Positions 10,902 through 20,231 of a stretch of 64,000 nucleotides of DNA are shown one piece after another. Position 1 is the first letter of the stretch. Each line of letters opens with the position of its first letter. The translations under genes and the position numbers were made by a program. The notes below the pieces were generated by a model, which was given only the letters and a program-made list of their open reading frames with translations, ran no database searches and was not told the DNA's origin. Source of the DNA: Squalus acanthias (taxonomy: Eukaryota); assembly GCA_030390025.1 (NCBI GenBank), contig CM059432.1:125676001-125740000 (forward strand). The letters run 5' to 3'.

Positions 10902-13571
10902 GGCCTAGAAATTGGATATGGCCTGAAAATGGGCGGTGTCATGGCCCAGTGCTATTAAGCTGCGCTGGGTCAAACCGGGCTAGGTAGCTCGCAAAATACA
11001 TGCTCAGTCCCCATTAACATGATTATAGTGCTGATCTCATCGTTAAAACTGTTACTCATTGGCTTACCGCTCAACAGGTGGGCCAATATCTGGTGCATTC
11101 TAATTCCCAGTCATGTTTGGCCTAGGCTTTATCCAGTACTTAAAGGGGAGGTGCATTGATGCAACAGTATCACATTGTCATTCCACTTGTAACTCCCATT
11201 GGAAACAGAACCAACTACAAAGTGATGGGTGAGCCTCAGCACAGGGAGAGAGAGCAAGACGCTTCTCTGACGCGGCTCTGGAGGCACTGGTGGTGGCCAT
11301 GGAGAGGAGGTGGGCTGTCCTCTTCCCACACACTGGCAAAAAGGCCTCGGCCCATACGTAGAGAAGGCTGTGGCGGGAGATATCCGATTATGTGATGACC
11401 ACCAGTGTGGTCCCCAGGTCCTCCATATAATGCCGCAAGAAGTTTAATGACCTCACACGGCAGGTCAAGGCGAGTGAAGGCTTCAGCAAATGCCATATCC
11501 CACCATCTGCACCACAAGCCTCACAAACTGCTCAATGCACCACACTCCCATCACTCACTTACCAACAATCTCTACCTTTCCCCACTCAGACCTCACAATC
11601 AGAGCTTCACTTCACCCTCATAACATTACCACTGCTGCAACACTCACACCCACATCTCACGCCTTGCACACACTGACAGCTATTCAACTATGGCAGGCAC
11701 ATCACCCAAACACATTGCACTACACTCACTGACACACTTCTCTTTCTCTTGCAGGACAAGGTCACTCACAATCTCCGGGAACAGCGAGGGGCAAGCTGCC
11801 ATACAGGACCTGAGCCAACTGGAGGAGCAAGAGCTCGACATCATTGGGTGGGAAGTCATGGAGGCCGTGGCAACCAATGAGGTTGAAGCCCTTGGGGACA
11901 ACAACGGTATGCGCATTCCTAATGCTTCTTCTCACATCCCACTTCCCCCTCATCCCACAATCTCTTCTCACTTACAAGCTGCTGATGCTGTATGCATGTA
12001 GATCATGCTTCCTGCCCCCCCCACTCCCCTCCCCTCACCACAACCCGACCGTTGTGCCTTTCTGCTTTCAGATAACCAAGACCAAGCAGCAGCCCAGCCT
12101 GTCCCTGAGGCAACGGAGGAGAGGGCGGGGGGGGGAGAAGAAGGCACACTGTTACTGCATCCAACACTCGCAGACACCAGCTCAGAAACAGGCACTGCGC
12201 GTAATGTAGATGGTAGTATAGATGCGGGGATCTGTACATGGTAAGGCACTGGGCACGAGTGGGCTGCAGCAAGGCCACGGGGGAAGGGGTCGCTCAGGGG
12301 CCAGCTCCCCGGAGGGCGAGTTGGCGCACAAGTTCTGCTGCACACGACTCAGATGAGGACCTCGATGGGGCGGCCTTCAGAAGGAGGGTGATGGGCAAGC
12401 ACACGGAAATCCTAGGTGCAATGGCAAGCCTGCCAGAGAGCCTCTTGGCAATGTCAAGGAGCATGGAGGAGTCAGGCTCCAACATTGGCCAGGGCTTTGC
12501 ACAGAGCTTGGAGCCTATGATTTCCATGCTGGAAATGATGGAAAACTCTCGGAGAGACCTTGTGGACCCAGCCATGATGCTGCGTGTGATGGGCGATGTC
12601 GCAGCTGCCGTTGCAGCACAGGCGGAAGCAACCCAATGTCTGAGTGCTGCAGCGGAAGCACAGACCGCTGTCCTGCAGTCTCAGCTTGCTGCCCATCAAG
12701 CTCAGACCGCTGCCATCGTGGTTGGGATTACCAGTGTCGAACGGGGCTTGCAGTGTGTCGCAACAGGCCGGCAATCTGTCCTCCACCAGATTGCTAGGAA
12801 TGCTGAGGCGCCGCCCCGGGGGAGTGGCAGTGGGTCAGTGGAGCAGGACCCTGCTGTCCTCTTTCAGGATGACAGCATTCCTACTCCCACCACTATCACT
12901 CCACCATTGCCCTTGCTGCTGCCTGTCAGCCAGCCAGCCCAGACTGCTGCCACCCATGCCAAGGTGGTGCTGTCTACAGCCAGGCCTTCCAGGTCCATAG
13001 TGGCTCATGATCGTCCTGCAAGGCCATCTGAAGTCTCCCCCATGAGAGGGACTTGCAGTAGAGCCCCCTGACTGTGAGCAAGTGTTGTGAGCAGAAGCCT
13101 TTAAATAAGAATGAAGGCATTCTCCACTTACCCCAACACTCCCCGTCACCTTAGGACCTTGAAAGAAGTTTATAAAGCTGCTGGAGTTGCAGGAAGTTCC
13201 ACAGAGCCAGTCAAACTGAAGAAACGTGTCAGCTGCAAGTAGTTGCTGATGATCCCTTTAAATAACATTGCTGGAGCCTCCTTCCTGCTTCTCAACACTT
13301 GGTCAGCTGGTCGCAGTTAAGGCATGCCGGTAAGTGGAGCGGCGAAGTTGAAAATGGCAGATTAGGCGTCAAGTGAGCGTTGTACACTCACTGACGTCAC
13401 AATCTGCATAAAATCCATAATTTTCGCGAGAGCAGCCATAGGCCATGCTGCCGCCCAGCCGAAAATGGTGCCCGCCACAGGACCCGCAGGCCGCGAGCGG
13501 AAGTGCGTCGGCCGCCATTTTCCCCCCTGAATCGGGCAGGTAATGGTGCTTAACCCTCGAATTTTTAGTCC
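10902..13571 (+). mobile_element. PIF/Harbinger deletion derivative carrying only the Myb/SANT-like gene
   Basis: TIRs ggcctagaaatt / aatttttagtcc (10/12). AAT TSD at 10899-10901 and 13572-13574, inside the CR1 tail. 13050-13480 is the reverse complement of the transposase-side end of the 18472 element. Confidence 0.85.
11225..13071 (+). pseudogene. Harbinger Myb/SANT-like DNA-binding protein gene (3 predicted exons: ~11225-11469, 11755-11906, 12072-~13040)
   Basis: RARRFSDAALEALVVAMERRWAVLF...LWREISDYV...CRKKFNDL, with a frameshift and a stop. Acceptors at 11754 and 12071, donor at 11907. Ala/Gln-rich C-terminal ORF 12238-13071. Confidence 0.75.
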
Positions 13572-14010
13572 AATGATTCTAATAACGATTTGGTCCGAGT
13601 TACAGTCAACAGAAATAAAATACACCTTTAATAAAGCCTTCAACCAAGTCTATTTTTAAAACAAACAGCATGCTCTGATTAGAGATTAATTAGGTGATTA
13701 TTTTTAACGATAATTGACATTACACTCCTACATTACAACTTTACAATCTAAAGTATGACATTTCTGCAGAAATCAATAAGTGAAAAGAACTCTTAACTAT
13801 CAATAGGCCATGCCGCTCCCTTTCTGCCGCTATGCTCGCTGTGACGAATTCTAATTATTTTTCCAGTGAACTGTGCCATAAATTTGCCACTGGAGGATTG
13901 GGAAGCACAGTGGTATAACTTATGTCGTTCGTCTTTTCTTGCACATTTGACTGTTTTTTTTTTGTCTAACCTTTCTCCCTCCTCACCTGAGGACAGCTGA
14001 CTCTTGCTAA

Positions 14011-14129
14011 GATGCGGAGATGCCGGTGTTGGACTGGGGTGTACAAAAATGAGAAGTCGCACAACACCAGGTTATAGTCCAACAGTTTTATTTGAAATTA
14101 CGAGCTTTCGGAGCGCTGCTCCTTCGTCA
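14011..14129 (-). mobile_element. Penelope-like element 3' end (pLTR fragment plus tail), truncated within the hammerhead motif
   Basis: Highly similar to 14983-15103. Reverse complement reads tgacgaaggagcagcgctccgaaagctcgtaatttcaaataaa...ccagtccaacaccggcatctccgcatc. Confidence 0.8.
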
Positions 14130-14139
14130 TTTTTTTTTT

Positions 14140-14427
14140 TACTTTATTAAACTATTAGCCTGCTAAAAGCAGGCCTTGCGCCTGCTTTTCTAGGCGCAGC
14201 TGTTCCCGACTTACCTGGACCCAAGCCAGTGTGGAAAAAAATTGAAGTTTTTAACATAAGGGCTGCCTATCCGGCGCAGGCGTTTGTCGAGTCAAGCCCT
14301 TTCTGCAGAGAACGGATGTTCCGGTTTCCAGCGCATGCGCAGTGCATGCGTAAAACCAGCACTTCCGTTGGCCCTACGGGTGAGTACACAGCGCGTACAC
14401 ACCCGTAGGGAACGGAATTTCTAGGCC
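14140..14427. mobile_element. Harbinger-type MITE fragment (one end)
   Basis: Ends with aatttctaggcc, the reverse complement of the ggcctagaaatt TIR. CpG-rich interior; the other end is not found. Confidence 0.55.
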
Positions 14428-15069
14428 ATTGTCTTCGGTCCCTGCCACAAATTCTGTTACCTAGCCACCAACTCCACCCCTCTCCCTAACATCTGTCTGA
14501 GGCTGAACCAGACTGTTGGTAACGTTGGTGTCATATTTGTCCCTGAAATGAGCTTCCAACCACACATCCTAAGACCACCTATTTCCATCTCCATAACATC
14601 ACCCAACTTCACCCCTGCCTCAGCTCATCTGCTGCTGAAACCCTCATCCATGCCTTTGTTACCTTTAGACTTGACTATTCCAATGCACTCCTGGCTGGCC
14701 TCCTACGTTTTACCCTACATAAACTTAAGGTCATCCAAAACTCGGCTGCCCATGTCCTAACTCGCACCAAGTTCCGTTCACCCAGCACCCCTGTGCTCGC
14801 TGAAATACATTGGCTCCCAGTTAATCAATGCTTTGATTTAAAAATTCTCATCCTTGTTTTCAAATCCCTCCATGGCCTCGCATCTCCCTAGCTCTGTAAT
14901 CTCCTCCAGCCCCACAACCCCCCGAGGTATCTGCGCTCCTCTAATTCTGCCCTCTTGAGCATCCCTGATTATAATCACTCATGATGCGGAGATGCCGGTG
15001 TTGGACTGGGGTGGACAAAATTGAGAGGTCGCACAACACCAGGTTATAGTCCAACAGTTTTATTTGAAA

Positions 15070-15107
15070 TCACAAGCTTTCGGAACTATCGCTCCTTCCT
15101 CAGGTGA
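15070..15107 (-). ncRNA. Mirror copy of the minimal hammerhead ribozyme motif
   Basis: Exact reverse complement of 15300-15337. Confidence 0.75.
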
Positions 15108-15299
15108 AGTAAATTGGATACAGAATCGTCAGAGCATATATAGATGGAAAAAAAAGCATGTGTACTTTACAATTGCAGACCAATAAATTAAATCATCCTG
15201 ACTAGTCAGGATGATTTAATTTATTGGTCTGCAATTGTAAAGTACACATGCTTTTTTTTCCATCTATATATGCTCTGACGATTCTGTATCCAATTTACT

Positions 15300-15337
15300 T
15301 CACCTGAGGAAGGAGCGATAGTTCCGAAAGCTTGTGA
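15300..15337 (+). ncRNA. Minimal type I hammerhead ribozyme motif (Penelope type)
   Basis: tcac CTGAGGA a ggagc gata gttcc GAAA gc TT gtga: helix I tcac/gtga, helix II ggagc/gttcc, self-complementary AGCU helix III, CUU triplet. Confidence 0.75.
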
Positions 15338-15839
15338 TTTCAAATAAAACTGTTGGACTATAACCTGGTGTTGTGCGACCTCTCAATATAATCACTCAAC
15401 CATTGGTGGCCGTGCCTTCAGCTGCCGAGGCCCTAAGCTCTGGAATTCCCTCCCTAAACCTCTCCGCCTCTCTACCTCTCTTTCCTCCTTTAAGACGTTC
15501 CTTAAAACCTACCTCTTTGACCAAGCTTTTGGTCATCTGCCCTAATTTCTCCTTATGTGGCTCGGTGTCAAATTTTGTTTGATAACGCTCCTGTGAAGCA
15601 CCTTGGAACGTTTTACTACATTAAAGGCGCTATATAAATACACATTGTTGTTGTTGTTGTTGCCAGGATCAGTTTGCTAGGGTTAAACCAATGTCACCCA
15701 AGGGGTTGGGGGGTCACATCAGTCCAACTCTGAACATGACAGCATTGTTGCTGCTTACTTACGAAGCTGTGAAGAATGAAAATCTCAGAGATCAGTTAGC
15801 AGGAAAGGTCACATTCACTGCTGAGCATCCAAGGAAAAA

Positions 15840-16022
15840 AAGGAAAGGCTTGCATTTATATAGCGCCTTTCACGACCTCAGGACGTCCCAAAGCGCTTTA
15901 CAGCCAATGAAGTACTTTTGAAGTGTAGTCACTGTTGTAATGTAGGAAACACGGCAGCCAATTTGCACACAGTAAGCTCCCACAAACAGCCATGTGGTAA
16001 TGACCAGTTAATCTGTTTTTTT
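15840..16022 (-). mobile_element. DeuSINE (SacSINE1-like) 3' fragment with L2-type tail
   Basis: ttgcatttatatagcgcctttcacgacctcaggacgtcccaaagcgctttacagccaatgaagtacttttgaagtg. Same family at 18295-18390 (+) and 54335-54640 (-). Confidence 0.7.
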
Positions 16023-16035
16023 TAAGGCCACTGAT

Positions 16036-16430
16036 AAACATAGAAACATAGAAACATAGAAACTAGGAGCAGGAGTAGGCCATTCGGCCCATCGAGCCTG
16101 CTCCACCATTCAATACGATCATGGCTGATCATCCAAATCCAGTACCCTGTACCTGCTTTCTCACACAGAATCCCCATCGAGCCTGCACCGACACATATCC
16201 CACCCTATCCCCGTAACCCCACGTATTTAATTCCCCCTAACATATCCCATCCTATCCCCGTAACCCCACACATTTAATCCCCCCCCTAACACTAAGGGTC
16301 AATTTATCATAGCCAAATCAACCTAACCCGCACATTTTTGGACTGTGGGAGGAAACCGGAGCACCCGGAGGAAACCCACGCAGACACGGGGAGAATGTGC
16401 AAACTCCACACAGACAGTCACCCGAGGCCA
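16036..16430 (-). mobile_element. V-SINE (HE1-like) with CR1-derived tail
   Basis: The reverse complement contains the V-domain gtctgtgtggagtttgcacattctccccgtgtctgcgtgggtttcctccgggtgctccggtttcctcccacagtcc. Tail gccgaatggcctactcctgctcctag(tttctatg)n. Internal ~48-bp tandem duplication. Confidence 0.8.
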
Positions 16431-16604
16431 CATTGCTTTTGTTCAGTATTGATGAGTAGCCATTGTAGGATAATTAAATCATGAGAGGTATATTGTCTAC
16501 CTTCAGTTCTGAGGGCAGGCACAGTCCCAAACCATGCGATTGACAGCTCCAGATGCAAAGTCCCATCTCACAAGCTTAAGTGGAGGCAGGCTCAATTGTT
16601 TGTA

Positions 16605-17170
16605 AGGGCCCTGGTGAGACCACACCTGGAGTACTGTGTACAGTTTTGGTCTGCTTACCTAAGGAAGGATATACTTGCCAATGAAGGTTCACCAGACTGG
16701 TTCCTGGGATGGGGGATTGTCCTATGAGGAGAGATTGAGTAGACGAGGCCTATATTCTCTAGAGTTTAGAAGAATGAGAGGTGATCTCATTGAAACATAC
16801 AAAATTCTTACAGGGCTTGACAGGGTAGATGCAGGGAGGATGTTTCCACTGGCTGGGGAGTCTAGAACCAGGGGTCACAGTCTCAGAATAAGGGGTCGGC
16901 CATTTAGGACTGAGATGAGGAGAAATTTCTTCACTTAAAGGGTGGCGAATCTTTGGAATTCTCTACCCCAGAGGGCTGTGGAGGCTCAGTCATTGAGTAT
17001 ATTCAAGACAGAGATAGATAGATTTTTGAATATTATAGAATCAAGGTATATGGGGATAGTGCAGGAAAGTGGAGATGAGGTAGAAGATCAGCCATGATCT
17101 TATTGAATGGCGGAGCAGACTCGAGGGGACAAATGGCCTACTCCTGCTCCTAGTTCTTATGTTCTTATGA
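16605..17170 (+). mobile_element. CR1 LINE 3' fragment
   Basis: YEERLSRRGLYSLEFRRMRGDLIETYK...TRGHSL; tcttatg tail. Confidence 0.9.
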
Positions 17171-17367
17171 CTTCCCAGCCAGAGAAAAAGGCTAACTGTA
17201 TTTTTATAGCCTGAGCCAACTTGGCTTCGAAGGGTTAAGGTAGAGAAGGTAGTCTTCTGTCTTAGTCCCATGTTTAGAGAGAAAGAAAGCTGCTTCTTTG
17301 ATGTTTTCGTAAACCAAAGAGTGCTTTCATTGTGTCAAACTGTACACTGTTCATTCATGTATATAGT

Positions 17368-18081
17368 GGCCCTGAATTTGTGTTCGGCGGCGTAGCTAAG
17401 GAGTACGCCGCCGACCTCTGCACGGAATCCACACTTACCTGCTGTGAACCCCCCTTCGAGAAGTTGCTTTGAAACGCTGCGGAGTTGTGCGCAGTGTAGT
17501 GGCCCACGGATCCCTGGGGCGCACCTGGGACCACTTGTGGTGGTGCTCCTTTCACTAGCCAATCAGGAAACATTTCAACTCACCATCAAAGAACTTGTAA
17601 ATTAAATGGTGTGATACTAATTATATTTTTTGGCAAGTACAGTACTTGGCTTTAAAAAGCACAGGGAATACTTTGCAGTAAGTGCAGTTCTTTACTGGAA
17701 GACTCTGCAAGATTAAAATAAAGATTAAAACAATCTCATCGCTCAAACTGAGCCTTTACAACTGCCTGGTAGGTTCTTTCACCTGTTCGTTTTTAATTAT
17801 TATACAATTTTCCCATTCCCCCCTCCTGCGCCTGTTTGCACCAGCCGTAAAATTTTCCAGCGTAATTGATGCGCAGTAGGTGGGCAATTAGCCCAACTTT
17901 TCACCAGCACATCATTTCAATGAGGACTTGAACGTCGCAGCAGATCATCTGTCTATTCGGAACTTGACAGAACTTGACAAATCGCAAGTTTGGGATTTAG
18001 CACAAGCGCTTAATCCCGAACTTGTGGTCAATTTGAAAAGCGGTATGACGGTGTACTCTGAGAGTGCGCAAATTCAGGGTC
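17368..18081. mobile_element. Harbinger-type MITE (714 bp)
   Basis: TIRs ggccctgaatttg / caaattcagggtc (12/13); 3-bp flanks agt/att. Confidence 0.7.
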
Positions 18082-18899
18082 ATTGTAAATAAACCAGCTA
18101 TTGATTTTGACGGTTGTACCTGGTCTCAGTAGAGTGCTTATTCAGTCCACATTCCATAAAGAAAGGAGAGTTTAAATGATGGCATGGGTTATATTTCATT
18201 AGCCAGTTTACAGAGTAAGGGTCCATTATTAAGATCCCTGAGTCATGGCATCATTTAAGTAGATATTGGACAGGAAAAGATACTCTCTGGATCATGACTA
18301 CACTTCAAAAGTACTTAATTGGCTGTAAAGCACTTTGGATTGTCCTGAGGTCATGATAGGCGCTATATAACTGCAAGTTCTTTCTTTCTTAAAGGGGAAT
18401 TCTGTGTGAATGCACTGATTTTCTCAGGAGCAATGTCAAAGAACTTTCCATTCAAACATTTAGTGAGACCAGGGCCTAGAAATTGGTCCTGCGGCGGCCG
18501 CCATTTTCGGTTGGGCAGCAGTGCTGCCGATGTCTGCGCTCGCTAGCAATATGGATACTGTGCAGATCGTGATGTCAGCGAGTGTGCAACGCTCACCTGA
18601 CGCCCGATCTGTCATTTTGGAGTGCGCCGCTCAACTTACGGGCCTGTGTTAATTGCGACCAGCTGACCGAGCATTGACGAGCAGGAAGGAGGCTCCAACT
18701 GCGTCATTTAAAGGGATCATCAGCAACTACTTGCAGCTGACATGTTTGTTCAGTTTGAATGGCTCTGTGGAGCTTTCTGCAACTCCAGCAACTTTCTAAA
18801 CTTCTTTCAAGGTACTAAGGTGACAGGGAGTGTTGGGGAAATTGGAGAATGCCTTCATTCTTATTTAAAAGCTTCTGCTCACAACACTTGCTCACAGTC

Positions 18900-20046
18900 A
18901 TGGGGCAGGCCCCCTCACGTTCGAGTATCTTCGGGAGAGGGAGCACAGGCAGCGAAGAGGAGAAGATGCGCACAGAGGAGAGAGGAGGGTCAGGAGGGCT
19001 CTCAACAGGAGGCCTTACCCACCTAGGGTCTTCCGAGAGCACTTCTCTTATCTCCACTTAAGCGAGGAGCAGTGTATTAGGAGGCTCCGCTTCACCAAGG
19101 AGGTGGTCACAGAACTCTGCCACCTCCTGAAACCAGACCTGCAGCCTGAGAGCAGGGCGAACACGGCTTTCCCAGTAGCCCTCAAGGTCACTGTGGCCCT
19201 CAATTTCTTTACCAGCGGATCCTTCCAGTCTGCAACAGGAGACATAGCCAACATCTCCAACTTCGCCATCCATCGCTACATTGGGGAGGTCAGAGAGGCT
19301 CTTTACACCAGGAGAAGGGACTTTGCTGTCTTCTCTGTGAAAAGAGAGAAGCAGGAGGAGCGCGCATGTGGCTTTGCCAGGATAGCGGGCTTCCCCATGG
19401 TGCAGGGTGCAATTGACTGCACCCACGTGGCTTTGCAGGCTCCACATAACATCCTGAGATGTTCCGTAACTGCAAAGGCTACCACTCACTTAATGTGCAG
19501 TTGATATGCGACCGCTATCCTGGCAGCAGTCTGTGCCAGTCCAGTGTGCCAACAATCTTCCAGCTACCACGTCAAACACGAGGGTGGCTGCTCGGAGACA
19601 AGGGCTATCCGCTCTGCATCTGGCTCATGACTCCCCTCCGCAACCCCAACACTCGTGCCCAGCACTCATATAATGAGAGCCATGCTGCCACCAGGAACTT
19701 CATCGAGCAGAGCATCGGGCTACCGAAGCAACAGTTCCGCTGCCTTGACCGCTCGGGAGGAGCCCTCCAGTACTCGGCAGAGTGGGTGTCCCATTTCGTG
19801 GTGGTCTGCTGCATGCTCCACAAATTGGCCATCAGGAGGGCACAGACCCTGCCAGCAGGGATTGCGGGACCACCTCAGGAAGAGGACGAGGGAGAGGAGG
19901 AGGAGGAGGAGGGAGAGGTGGAGGAGAAAGAGGAATAGGAAGAGGAGCAGGAGGAAGAGAAAGAGGAGGAAGGGAGGAGGCAGTCAGCAAATCCCTCTTC
20001 GGCACAGGTTGTCCATGAGCACCTCATCAGACTCCAATTCGAGTGA
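18900..20046 (+). pseudogene. Harbinger (HARBI1-like) DDE transposase, disrupted
   Basis: LSEEQCIRRLRFTKE..., GAIDCTHV (D), LLGDKGYP (D), RNFIEQSIG (E), acidic Glu tract. Frameshifts and a deletion around YPGS. Confidence 0.88.
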
Positions 20047-20231
20047 ATGAAACACCAAATCCCCGTTTTTCACCACATCCTCATCAACCACATCCCCATC
20101 ATACCATCCATCTGTCACGGACCATCACAGTGTCCTCCTGGGCACAAAGCTGAAATGAGAGCCACCACAAAACAAAGATTCCAAACAAAATTAATAAATT
20201 TATCGTTATTCAATTTCCATTATAATATCAA

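Larger units (their letters stand above)
14982..15386 (-). mobile_element. Penelope-like element: inverted pLTR pair plus ~38-bp 3' tail, with TSD
   Basis: TSD tataatcactca at 14970-14981 and 15387-15398. Perfect palindrome 15020-15387. Unpaired tail 14982-15019. Confidence 0.85.
14432..15662 (+). mobile_element. L2 LINE 3' fragment, interrupted by the Penelope insertion 14982-15386
   Basis: L2 ORF2 C-terminal motifs (ETLIHAFVT..LDYSNALLAGL, HWLPV, LWNSLP) and ..aaaggcgctatataaat..(ttg)n tail. Confidence 0.88.

Noticed and set aside
10898..14431. Single transposon bounded by the perfect 16-bp inverted repeat caatggcctagaaatt
   Set aside because: Flanks aat/att are not a duplication. The end at 13571 gives an exact AAT TSD and restores the CR1 tail, so 14427 belongs to a separate MITE.
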